The notes below the pieces were generated by a model. It searched no databases. It was given only the letters and a program-made list of their open reading frames with translations, and was not told the DNA's origin. From Candidatus Saccharimonadales bacterium (GTDB taxonomy: Bacteria > Patescibacteriota > Saccharimonadia > Saccharimonadales > JBBQAJ01), in contig JBBRAK010000003.1 of assembly GCA_038206875.1 (NCBI GenBank), positions 24,034 through 88,033 of the forward strand: 64,000 nucleotides of DNA, written 5' to 3'. The translations under genes and the position numbers were made by a program. This document shows positions 38,341 through 46,123 of this stretch, piece by piece (the first letter of the stretch is position 1; each line of letters starts with the position of its first letter).

Positions 38341-38958
38341 ATGCACACGCCTGGATGGAATATGCGAGCAATGGGAGAGTCAGATAGAAGCCCCGAATTT
38401 GTTTTGGCTCGAGAAGCGTTAATATTGGACGTAAATGGGCTATTGGGACGAGGACGCGATTTGCGAGACTCCGACCAGCCCATGCCAGATGGCTCAACTA
38501 TTCTAAAAGAGCCTAGGATATCTACGACCATGCTTGGACGTACCTCTTTCAATGGGTTAGTATCGATGGCAATAGAACACAGTAGGGGTGTTTCTTTGAG
38601 CGGAGACGGAGTAGTTACACCTCTACACTTTCAATCTGTATCCCCAGACCAACTTCGTGGCGGTCATGAAGTAATGAATATTGTCGGGAGTGACCCTCTC
38701 GATACACATGCTAGCGATGGAGTATACAGTATCGCACGGGGCCAAGAAATAGTTGCGTCGTTTAAAGTGTCCCACCTGGACGATGACCACTCTGAAGACT
38801 CGTATTTCCGATATGCTGTAAAAGGTGACGGAGCATTACAAAAAGCATACATAGACGACAAAGGCTGGAATCATGCAAGCACTGCAATTGGCGTCGCTGA
38901 CGTAGAGATGGCTAATGATGCCTTTGGCCTAGTACGCAAGCAACTCTTCCCCGAGTAA
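38341..38958 (+). CDS. hypothetical protein
   Basis: 205-aa ORF with no TM helix and no recognisable motif. It has a promoter directly upstream. Confidence 0.45.
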   Translation: MHTPGWNMRAMGESDRSPEFVLAREALILDVNGLLGRGRDLRDSDQPMPDGSTILKEPRISTTMLGRTSFNGLVSMAIEHSRGVSLSGDGVVTPLHFQSVSPDQLRGGHEVMNIVGSDPLDTHASDGVYSIARGQEIVASFKVSHLDDDHSEDSYFRYAVKGDGALQKAYIDDKGWNHASTAIGVADVEMANDAFGLVRKQLFPE

Positions 38959-39221
38959 ATTTACTACGGAGCTTACGCTCAAACAATTATGCAAAAGATA
39001 AAAACGGATCAATCAAGTTCAGGTCAGCCAACCATCACTGCTCCTAACAGTGGGGTGAGTTGCATATACTAAAGTTCTATATATTGCCTAAGCTCCTAAT
39101 GATTAAAGTGCAGAGGGAACGGGGACGAGTCTATCGTTTGATATACACTTTACTCGTTTTATTTTATTCGTCACTGGTGATATGCTAATGGTAATTACTT
39201 ATTAGTGAGGGTAAAACAGAA

Positions 39222-40868
39222 GTGAAAAAGCAGTTCAACCTTTTGGCGAGGTTAAGTCTGGCAATAACTGTGCTAGTGGCACTGCTGACACCAGCGCTGG
39301 CAAATGCCTTCAGTGCCTACGGTGCCGGCATCTCTGCCAACCCTTACCGCATTGCCACCTGCGTCCAACTACAGGAAATAGACAATGACTTAGCAGGTTA
39401 CTACACGTTGGTTTCCAATATTGACTGTGCCGGGGTTGCCTTTACGACCATTGGCGACAATACTCACATTTTTACTGGTACGCTCGACGGTCAAAATCAC
39501 ACCATTTCACACCTCAGCATCGATGACTGGGGCTTATTCTGGCAAACTAACGGGGCCACTGTAAAAAACATTTCGATTAATAGTGGTAGCATCAGCGGTG
39601 GCTATGTCGCTAGTTTTGTTCAGGACGCAACCGACACGACCTTTACCAATATCCACTCTGCCATGACTCTGACGAACTCATCCGGCTACACCGGTGGATT
39701 GGTTGGTGAACTTAAAGGCACAGCCTCAGTAAGCCAAAGTTCATTCAGCGGCACGATAAGTGGCACCGGCTACGTTGGTGGCCTGGTTGGCGCGTCGTGG
39801 GACGCCGGGACATCGATTACCGATAGCTATTCATCCGGCAGTCTGAGCTCTCACAGCGGCTACGAGGGTGGCATAATTGGCGGCTACTTTAATGGTAGTA
39901 TCAATCACGTTTACTCCAGCATGAGTATTAACATGAACGGCAACTCATATAACGGTGGCCTGGTTGGCGATAGTCAAAAAAATGTAAGTAACTCATTCTC
40001 GTCTGCCACAATGACGGGCTTTGGTATCAACGACGGGGCAGTCATCGGTTTAGACAATGCCGGTAGCTATAGTAATAACTATTTTGATAAATACGCTACC
40101 AATACTATCAGCTGCTTTGGCTTAAATGGTTCAGGTACCTGTACTGGCGTTAACACCGGCAATACTACTCCTGATTACTTCAAGAACAACTCTACTAACG
40201 CGCCGCTTGATACATGGGACTTTACAGATGTTTGGGCTACCACGTCTGGGTACCCAACTCTGCAGAACATCAGTAGTTTCTCTACCAGTTCTTCCGATGA
40301 GAACGCCGACGGTATTGATGATTCATATCAGGCCAACATAGTTACAGTGCCGGATGGCAATAATATTCTTACAACCGCCGTTACGCCTAGCTCAAATGGC
40401 TGTACGCTTGATAACGGCTCCTGGATTGACGCTAATTATTTCAAAGTAGATTCAGGTTACACTCCTCAACCACCAAATATGTTAGCTTTTAAGGCATACT
40501 GCCCTACATCAGGGATGTCAATCCCAGTTACGATTATTTACGACAAGGTTTACGACACCAGTAGTTCAGTTTTGCGTTACTTTAATGATACGACGAATAC
40601 CTACAGTACTATCACTGGTGCGGCTTTTGGCACTCTAACGGTTTCTGGTACTCCGCGCACAACCGTTACTTATAACATTACAGATGGCGGACAATTTGAT
40701 AGTGATGGTTCATCCAATGGAATAATTGAAGACCCAGTAGGGCTCGCATCTTCCTCTTCTTCAACAATGCTAGTTGACACTGGCGAGACTTTCTACCTAT
40801 CGACTTTTGCCAGCATCAGCCTGATATTGATAACGGTCTTCCTATATGTCAAACGTCCAAATAGTTGA
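39222..40868 (+). CDS. secreted surface protein with GLUG-type (GGLVG) repeats and a C-terminal sorting-signal-like anchor
   Basis: GTG start after GAGGG. The signal peptide is LSLAITVLVALLTPALANA. Repeated G-Y-x-GG(L/I)(V/I)G units are present (GYTGGLVGE, GYVGGLVGA, GYEGGIIGG, YNGGLVGD). The C-terminus is LVDTGE + hydrophobic helix + KRPNS. Confidence 0.65.
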   Translation: MKKQFNLLARLSLAITVLVALLTPALANAFSAYGAGISANPYRIATCVQLQEIDNDLAGYYTLVSNIDCAGVAFTTIGDNTHIFTGTLDGQNHTISHLSIDDWGLFWQTNGATVKNISINSGSISGGYVASFVQDATDTTFTNIHSAMTLTNSSGYTGGLVGELKGTASVSQSSFSGTISGTGYVGGLVGASWDAGTSITDSYSSGSLSSHSGYEGGIIGGYFNGSINHVYSSMSINMNGNSYNGGLVGDSQKNVSNSFSSATMTGFGINDGAVIGLDNAGSYSNNYFDKYATNTISCFGLNGSGTCTGVNTGNTTPDYFKNNSTNAPLDTWDFTDVWATTSGYPTLQNISSFSTSSSDENADGIDDSYQANIVTVPDGNNILTTAVTPSSNGCTLDNGSWIDANYFKVDSGYTPQPPNMLAFKAYCPTSGMSIPVTIIYDKVYDTSSSVLRYFNDTTNTYSTITGAAFGTLTVSGTPRTTVTYNITDGGQFDSDGSSNGIIEDPVGLASSSSSTMLVDTGETFYLSTFASISLILITVFLYVKRPNS

Positions 40869-40885
40869 CCCATCAGGTCCATGCC

Positions 40886-40975
40886 TGGCGGAAGGGGTGG
40901 GATTCGAACCCACGGTATCTGTGAAGACACAACGCTTTTCGAGAGCGTCCAGTTCAACCACTCCTGCACCCTTCC
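40886..40975 (-). tRNA. tRNA-Ser (anticodon CGA)
   Basis: Hand-folded 90-nt sequence GGAAGGG...CCCTTCCGCCA. The anticodon stem-loop is ACGCT-CTCGAAA-AGCGT, with a long variable arm, T-loop GGTTCGAATCC and an encoded CCA. Confidence 0.85.
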
Positions 40976-40995
40976 AGTTACTGAATTATATCAAT

Positions 40996-41017
40996 TAAAA
41001 AGCCCCTTTGTGGGGCA
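40996..41017 (-). terminator. rho-independent terminator after tRNA-Arg
   Basis: The minus strand reads GCCCC-ACAAA-GGGGC followed by TTTTT. Confidence 0.55.
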
Positions 41018-41024
41018 ATAATTT

Positions 41025-41101
41025 TGGTACACCCGGCGCGATTCGAACGCACGACCTCCTGTACCGCAAACAGACGCTCTATCCAGCTGAGCTACGGGTG
41101 C
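41025..41101 (-). tRNA. tRNA-Arg (anticodon GCG by hand fold)
   Basis: 77-nt sequence GCACCCGTAGCTCAGCTGGATAGAGC G TCTGT-TTGCGGT-ACAGG AGGTC GTGCG-TTCGAAT-CGCGC CGGGTGT ACCA. It forms a cloverleaf with one G-U pair in each of three stems, and CCA is encoded. Confidence 0.8.
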
Positions 41102-41219
41102 TTAACAGATTAGAGTTTAGCACATAACAGAGGTGAAGGCCAATTTAGCATTTATTCTACTTATGTTTTTCTATAACATATGCCATAATCTGGTTTATAC
41201 ATAATTAAGAGGAGCTGTC

Positions 41220-41810
41220 ATGGCCAAAAAACCAAAAAACCGAAAATACAATCTAAAAACAATCTTTTTAAAACTGTCGTTGTTGGTTGTTTTTGTAGTT
41301 ATTGTTATATTGGGTTATTTAAAAGTTCTGGAATACAGAAATATCAGAGATCAGGTAAGCATGGTATCAATCCGTGAATTAATCATTACTTCTGTCGAAA
41401 ACCTCAAACAGCCAGCAGTTTTAGACCCCAAAACTGGCGACGCCTACTTTCCGCCGGAAAAATTGTATTTGCCATATTCGCAAAATCAAATACCCCTAAC
41501 ATACTCTGAAACAGATGATGGCTCTGGCGGATTAGAATTTAACATAAGCAACAAATACGTAATTGGTGCATTAAAGTCTAAATTATACTCTGCGCAAAAT
41601 TTAGAAAAAATGTTTGAACAAGTCCCCGAACTTCAAGCATGTTTAAGGGGTGTCAGAGTTACATACGAAAAACTACCCGATGAGACAGACTACAACCTAA
41701 ATAGCAGTCATATTCTCAATAACGGCAAAACTGTCTATTTGTATTCTGAAAAAGTCTGCACAGGATTAAATGAAACTGCCGATCTACTAAAAAATATTCA
41801 ATCGTACTAA
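41220..41810 (+). CDS. hypothetical membrane-anchored protein
   Basis: 196 aa with a basic N-terminus, one TM helix (LSLLVVFVVIVILGYL) and a soluble domain. An AGGAG SD is present. Confidence 0.5.
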   Translation: MAKKPKNRKYNLKTIFLKLSLLVVFVVIVILGYLKVLEYRNIRDQVSMVSIRELIITSVENLKQPAVLDPKTGDAYFPPEKLYLPYSQNQIPLTYSETDDGSGGLEFNISNKYVIGALKSKLYSAQNLEKMFEQVPELQACLRGVRVTYEKLPDETDYNLNSSHILNNGKTVYLYSEKVCTGLNETADLLKNIQSY

Positions 41811-42487
41811 AACCGGACACGACGCATCAGTCGGTCTATTGGGTCGAAGCTTTTGACTTCGTGTGGCAAGTAACTCCCCAGGGTAGTCACAATTTGCTCC
41901 TCGTTTTCGGGTGGAAAATACAGACTTATTGGAGGCATGAATCGTTTGAGTGGCATAAGTTGAATTGAGTTAAACGCCCCTTCTGCAAAAACTGAAAATG
42001 ACTTGAACACACCGTAGGGAAAATGTTTACCATCAATAATCACACCTATATTGTCTATTTTGTAGTCCAATGTTCGAGGCCTACGCTTGGCAGTTACACC
42101 AAAAAGCACCGCAGCTATAAAAATAACCACCGCAGTTATAATATCTTGGGTTATAAGGTAGATTATTGCTACAGCTAAGACCGTGAGACCGGCTAAACCT
42201 AGATACCATGATGATTTTTTTTCGTGATCTATGAATTCTGATGCCGACCAGTTTACAGGCTTGATGTCGACAGGTGCTTGCTGTGTTTGATCCACGCCAT
42301 CATCCTGGTTGTACTGCCATGGGCTTGGTTCTTGCGACTGAGCATTGTTTTCATCCGATGAAATCTTTGGAGTATTCGTATCAGTCGGTCTTGCATCCTG
42401 GGGTTGATTTGGAGTAGCTCCTTGGACATGGCTAGCATTGTTTGTATCGCTATCACCTCCAGGTGAAATTGTTTGTCCAGGTTGCAT
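41807..42487 (-). CDS. hypothetical two-TM membrane protein
   Basis: I start it at ATG 42487 (MQPGQTIS). It has a low-complexity N-terminus, a TM hairpin (WYLGLAGLTVLAVAIIYL / ITAVVIFIAAVLFGV) and a C-terminal globular part. The ORF-track extension to 42604 runs through a GC-rich palindrome. Confidence 0.5.
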   Translation of the reverse strand: MQPGQTISPGGDSDTNNASHVQGATPNQPQDARPTDTNTPKISSDENNAQSQEPSPWQYNQDDGVDQTQQAPVDIKPVNWSASEFIDHEKKSSWYLGLAGLTVLAVAIIYLITQDIITAVVIFIAAVLFGVTAKRRPRTLDYKIDNIGVIIDGKHFPYGVFKSFSVFAEGAFNSIQLMPLKRFMPPISLYFPPENEEQIVTTLGSYLPHEVKSFDPIDRLMRRVRF

Positions 42488-42690
42488 GCCTAAAAATCCT
42501 CTTTGATCATAAGCGTATTGTATCAGAAAACAAAACTTGGCGGAGAGCCTGCCTGCCGGCAGGCAGGGAGAGATAGCGGACTGCGTCCTTCTCCCCTTAG
42601 CCATACTCTAAGCAAGCTTATGCGTGTGGCTGAGCACCGCCGAACTCTTCCGCTCACTACGTTCGCTATAACGAGTTCAAATCTCTCGCA

Positions 42691-42720
42691 GAATAAAACA
42701 ATCTGCCAAGGCAGACTGAT
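42691..42720 (-). terminator. rho-independent terminator after the tRNA-Ser pair
   Basis: The minus strand reads TCTGCC-TT-GGCAGA followed by TTGTTTTATT. Confidence 0.55.
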
Positions 42721-42726
42721 TTATTC

Positions 42727-42819
42727 TGGCGGAGGAGGAGAGATTCGAACTCTCGCTGGAGATTGCTCCCCACTAACGATTTAGCAAACCGTCCCCTTCA
42801 GCCACTTGGGTACTCCTCC
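42727..42819 (-). tRNA. tRNA-Ser (anticodon GCU)
   Basis: 93-nt sequence GGAGGAG...CTCCTCCGCCA. The anticodon stem-loop is ACGGT-TTGCTAA-ATCGT, with a long variable arm, T-loop AGTTCGAATCT and an encoded CCA. Confidence 0.85.
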
Positions 42820-42854
42820 ACGGAACTTATAATTTTAGCTGATATTGTTATTTG

Positions 42855-42944
42855 GCGGAAGGGGAGGGATTCGAACCCTCGGTACCGTTGCCGGCACGAC
42901 GGTTTTCAAGACCGTTTCCTTCAACCACTCGGACACCCTTCCAA
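42855..42944 (-). tRNA. tRNA-Ser (anticodon UGA)
   Basis: 90-nt sequence GGAAGGGTGTCCGAGTGGTTGAAGGA...CCCTTCCGCCA. The anticodon stem-loop is ACGGT-CTTGAAA-ACCGT, with a long variable arm and an encoded CCA. Confidence 0.85.
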
Positions 42945-42957
42945 TAACAGGGGTGAT

Positions 42958-42985
42958 TATAGCATTTATCCCCAAACCATCAAAA
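42958..42985 (-). promoter_or_regulatory. candidate sigma-70 promoter for the tRNA-Ser(UGA)/tRNA-Ser(GCU) pair
   Basis: The minus strand reads TTGATG - 16 nt - TATAAT, with the -10 box ending 13 nt before the mature tRNA 5' end. Confidence 0.45.
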
Positions 42986-43660
42986 CTATTGTTTTTGAGC
43001 AAATATCAGAGCGTTCACTTTTTTTGCACCAGACTTTTTGAGTACTTGGGTCATAGCTTCTAGTGTTGCCCCTGTGGTTACGACGTCATCTATTAGCAAT
43101 ATTTCTCTACCTTTCACCTTGCCCGGACTAGTAACCACAAATGCATCCTTTAACTGTGCTAGTCGTAGTTGTCTGCTTGCTCCAACCTGTCTGGACTGAT
43201 AAAGATGACTTACAGCGTGCGAATAATCATAACTGCCATTTTTGGAAATATTTTTTGCCATCAATATAGCCTGGTCATAGCCTCTTTGTCGTACTCTGCT
43301 TGTTGCTGTTGGCACGGGTACAATTAGTGTATTGGAACTCAAAAATGGCAAAACTTCCATCATAGCTTCGGAAATTATTTGGGAAGCCGAGCGAACTCTT
43401 TCAAACTTGTAGCTTTGCAACAGTTTTTTGGCATTCGCTTCGTAATAAGTTCTTACCCATACGTGTTTTGGGCGCATCGAAATGTTGCACTTATCGCAAA
43501 TTGCAAAATCTCGAGTTATACGCTTGCACTTGTAGCATCGGCTTGGCACCACAATAAAGGCGTCTGGTAAACAGTACTCACATACTATCCTGCCCTCGCG
43601 CCCACAATTTACACAACTGTGCGGTGCCAGGACTGATATAAACGTGTCGAGCAGGGACAT
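42986..43660 (-). CDS. comFC: ComF-family protein (ComFC-type phosphoribosyltransferase-like competence protein)
   Basis: The N-terminus has four Cys pairs (CVNCG...CEYC, CYKC...CDKC). The C-terminal PRT motif is ILLIDDVVTTGATLEA. Confidence 0.8.
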   Translation of the reverse strand: MSLLDTFISVLAPHSCVNCGREGRIVCEYCLPDAFIVVPSRCYKCKRITRDFAICDKCNISMRPKHVWVRTYYEANAKKLLQSYKFERVRSASQIISEAMMEVLPFLSSNTLIVPVPTATSRVRQRGYDQAILMAKNISKNGSYDYSHAVSHLYQSRQVGASRQLRLAQLKDAFVVTSPGKVKGREILLIDDVVTTGATLEAMTQVLKKSGAKKVNALIFAQKQ

Positions 43661-43964
43661 AAAATAAGTGTAGCACTCGAGTACTGCGTGGATTGTGAGT
43701 ATGTTGGCAAGTCCAGCAGGGATTCAATAAATTTCGAAGCAACCAACAGCCCTCATCTGGGAGTGTTGTGATTAATATGTTGTAAATAAGGGCAGGGAAG
43801 GTTGCGCCCCTATTTACCTGTGAGCTATACTTACAAGTAACAAAAATTGCAAAAACCACCGTATTATTTAAGGGAAAAGAGCAGCCCGCCAAAATGTATT
43901 TCATTTTGCCGGCGCGATGAGAAAAACCGTAGGTTTGTCTCATGGCTCGTGGAGGGTAACAACT

Positions 43965-44450
43965 ATGGCTAGAAGAAGCCGAGATGATGACTTATTGATG
44001 GAAGACGAATTAACTGCAGCGTTTTTGGGCGAAGAAGATTTTGGACCTGCAAGCGACAACAAAACAACTCCTTCTGACGACGCCACAACAGCTTCTAGCG
44101 ACGAATGGGAAGAAGAAGACGCCGTACCAGGACAGCTAGCAGTAGATGTTTACGAAACCAAAGAACGCTTGGTTGTAAAAGGTCGGGTTGCAGGTGTAAA
44201 CAAAAGTGACTTAGATGTTAGCATTGCCGACAACACACTTAGCATTCGCGGGACTTTATCTGCAGGAAACGAAGACGATGTAGAAAACTATTTTGTTCAA
44301 GAATGTTATTGGGGAGAATTTAGCCGTAGCATTTCTCTGCCTGTGCCAGTTAAAGAAGACGAGATTGAAGCTGTTCTAAAAGACGGCGTTTTGACTATCA
44401 GCTTCACCAAAGTCAAACAAGACAGCGTCAAAAAGATTCAAGTACTCTAA
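43965..44450 (+). CDS. Hsp20/alpha-crystallin-family small heat-shock protein
   Basis: The ATG at 43965 follows GGAGGG. The alpha-crystallin domain reads LAVDVYETKERLVVKGRVAGVNKSDLDVSIADNTLSIRG...GEFSRSISLPVPV...AVLKDGVLTISFTK. Confidence 0.88.
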   Translation: MARRSRDDDLLMEDELTAAFLGEEDFGPASDNKTTPSDDATTASSDEWEEEDAVPGQLAVDVYETKERLVVKGRVAGVNKSDLDVSIADNTLSIRGTLSAGNEDDVENYFVQECYWGEFSRSISLPVPVKEDEIEAVLKDGVLTISFTKVKQDSVKKIQVL

Positions 44451-44474
44451 ATAGTACTCCTATACTTGAGATAC

Positions 44475-44510
44475 AAAAATCCCCGCTACGATGCGGGGAT
44501 TTTAATTTGT
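44475..44510. terminator. bidirectional rho-independent terminator between hsp20 and the pilin operon
   Basis: AAAAATCCCCGC-TACGAT-GCGGGGATTTTAATTT: an 8-bp GC-rich stem flanked by an A-run and a T-run. Confidence 0.7.
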
Positions 44511-44519
44511 TTTTATTAT

Positions 44520-44939
44520 CTAGACTATGGCTTTTTGAAGTACGAATTTGACTACTACTTGAGCCAGTGCAACAACTACAAGTCCGATTATGGCGTAAAG
44601 TATGGTGTTTTTGGCACCAGTTATATTACCGCTATCTCCGCCAGAAGTAATGTATTTCAATCCACCGATGATTATCATGATAACTGACACTACTCCGACA
44701 ACTAGTGAGAATATGTTAATCACAAGCTTTATGATGTTATCAACCGTTCCGCCTGGATCAGTTGCTCCTGGGTCAGCACACCCAGCTGTGTCATTGCCAA
44801 TATTTGATGCATCCAGGTCTGCTCCACAGTTTAACCCACCGGCAATATCTGCATGCGCTATTGCAAGTGGCATCGCTGGCATAACTAACAAAGTTGCGAT
44901 TGATAGAGTTGACATGAATTGTTTTAGCTTTTTTATCAT
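44520..44939 (-). CDS. T4SS pilin-like protein (VirB2/TrbC-like), paralog 1
   Basis: The signal peptide ends AHA. A Cys pair sits in a short variable ectodomain. The conserved core is a hydrophobic helix, then GGLKYITSGGDSGNITGAKNTI, then a second hydrophobic helix. Confidence 0.65.
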   Translation of the reverse strand: MIKKLKQFMSTLSIATLLVMPAMPLAIAHADIAGGLNCGADLDASNIGNDTAGCADPGATDPGGTVDNIIKLVINIFSLVVGVVSVIMIIIGGLKYITSGGDSGNITGAKNTILYAIIGLVVVALAQVVVKFVLQKAIV

Positions 44940-44997
44940 TTTAGGTGTGACCTTTCTTAAATTCTCTATTACTTATACCACAAATGCTTAAACCTAT

Positions 44998-45414
44998 TCA
45001 AGTAGGTCCTATCTCTAATTTTGACTTGGTCAGTACAAATTTGACAATGACTTGTGCCAAAGCAACAATCACCAGCCCTACTACAGCGTATAGTATAGTG
45101 TTTTTGGCACTCGATATATTGCTACTGTCGCCATTGGACGTTATATATTTCAGCCCGCCAACAATTATCATTAACACCGCTGCAATACCGACAATCAGAC
45201 TAAATAAATCAATTGCCAGCTTTAGCGTATGATTTACATTTGGTCCGGCAGGGTCAGTATTACAATCACCCGTGCTACCACTAGCAACATTTAGCGCACC
45301 ACAAGCCTGACCTTTTGGATCAATTGCCGCATGAACTGGTCGCACGGCCAAAACGGCGAAACTAAATCCAAATATTAGTCCCGACAAAGCAAAATATTTC
45401 AATCTTTTTAGCAT
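44998..45414 (-). CDS. T4SS pilin-like protein (VirB2/TrbC-like), paralog 2
   Basis: The signal peptide ends VHA. It has a Cys pair and the core GGLKYITSNGDSSNISSAKNTILYAVVGL. It is the closest paralog of 44520..44939. Confidence 0.65.
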   Translation of the reverse strand: MLKRLKYFALSGLIFGFSFAVLAVRPVHAAIDPKGQACGALNVASGSTGDCNTDPAGPNVNHTLKLAIDLFSLIVGIAAVLMIIVGGLKYITSNGDSSNISSAKNTILYAVVGLVIVALAQVIVKFVLTKSKLEIGPT

Positions 45415-45424
45415 CTATACTCCA

Positions 45425-45826
45425 TTATAGTTTACTTACTACTAAAACCACTACTGACCTAGCAACAGCCACGACAACTAGACCAATTACAGCAAATAGT
45501 ACAGTGTTTTTTGCCTTACTTATTTTTGAACTATCCCCACTTGAGCGAACATATTCAAAGCCCCCAATAATTATCATGATAATTGCCGCTATCCCAGTTA
45601 TGAGTGCAAATATGTCTGCAATTTTGGTTATGATTCCATCCCTTCCAGATATGGGATCTTTGGTTCCATCAGCAGCACAAACAGCTGATTGATTTCCAGA
45701 CGAATCGGTCTGGTTGCAAACTGTTCCACCAAAAGGATTAAATGCAGCAACTTTGCCCGTAAAACCAATAACAATTACCGAAAATACAAACACTTGTAGG
45801 ATTGTTGCGACTATAAATTTATTCAT
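45425..45826 (-). CDS. T4SS pilin-like protein (VirB2/TrbC-like), paralog 3
   Basis: It has a signal peptide, a Cys pair and the core GGFEYVRSSGDSSKISKAKNTVLFAVIGL flanked by hydrophobic helices. Confidence 0.65.
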   Translation of the reverse strand: MNKFIVATILQVFVFSVIVIGFTGKVAAFNPFGGTVCNQTDSSGNQSAVCAADGTKDPISGRDGIITKIADIFALITGIAAIIMIIIGGFEYVRSSGDSSKISKAKNTVLFAVIGLVVVAVARSVVVLVVSKL

Positions 45827-45829
45827 ATA

Positions 45830-46123
45830 CTAAGTAACGGCCTTTACGAAAACATTTACGATACCAAACGCGCTAAAAGTCACAATAAGTCCTATGATTG
45901 AATACAAAATTATATCTTTTGCTTTTTTGATTTTGTCCGATTCGCCTTGTGACAAAACGTACTTAAAGCCACCATATACGACACTTATAAATGCAATACC
46001 CGCCAGAACTCCAAAAGTAATGTTCAGTAAATTTACAACTAGGGTTGAATCCGTCCCAGCTTTTGGCAAAGATCTAGTGTCAATCTCTACTTTCGATAAT
46101 ATTTTAAAAATAAATAGATTCAT
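45830..46123 (-). CDS. T4SS pilin-like protein, short paralog 4 (no obvious signal peptide)
   Basis: 97 aa. The core GGFKYVLSQGESDKIKKAKDIILYSIIGL lies between two hydrophobic helices. It lacks the Cys pair. Confidence 0.55.
   Translation of the reverse strand: MNLFIFKILSKVEIDTRSLPKAGTDSTLVVNLLNITFGVLAGIAFISVVYGGFKYVLSQGESDKIKKAKDIILYSIIGLIVTFSAFGIVNVFVKAVT

Noticed and set aside
42500-42690. SRP RNA, 6S RNA or a tRNA pseudogene as the identity of the GC-rich element
   Set aside because: There is no GNAR tetraloop flanked by the conserved SRP helix-8 AGCA/GGAA-type loops. The T-arm-like segment on the plus strand has only a 3-bp stem and no matching acceptor stem. It is therefore reported as unassigned.
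42503-43063. Plus-strand ORFs of 93, 92 and 72 aa
   Set aside because: They run across the two minus-strand tRNA-Ser genes and the comFC 3' end, so they are artefacts of tRNA sequence.
43671-43686. Functional CIRCE operator at comFC/hsp20
   Set aside because: The two half-sites abut with no 9-nt spacer, and the site lies about 280 nt from the hsp20 start. It is kept only as a curiosity within the spacer finding, not annotated as an operator.
43578-43943. 121-aa minus-strand ORF in the comFC-hsp20 spacer
   Set aside because: It overlaps the comFC N-terminus in another frame, has no SD and has an implausible Cys/Trp/His-rich composition. The spacer is kept as a non-coding finding instead.
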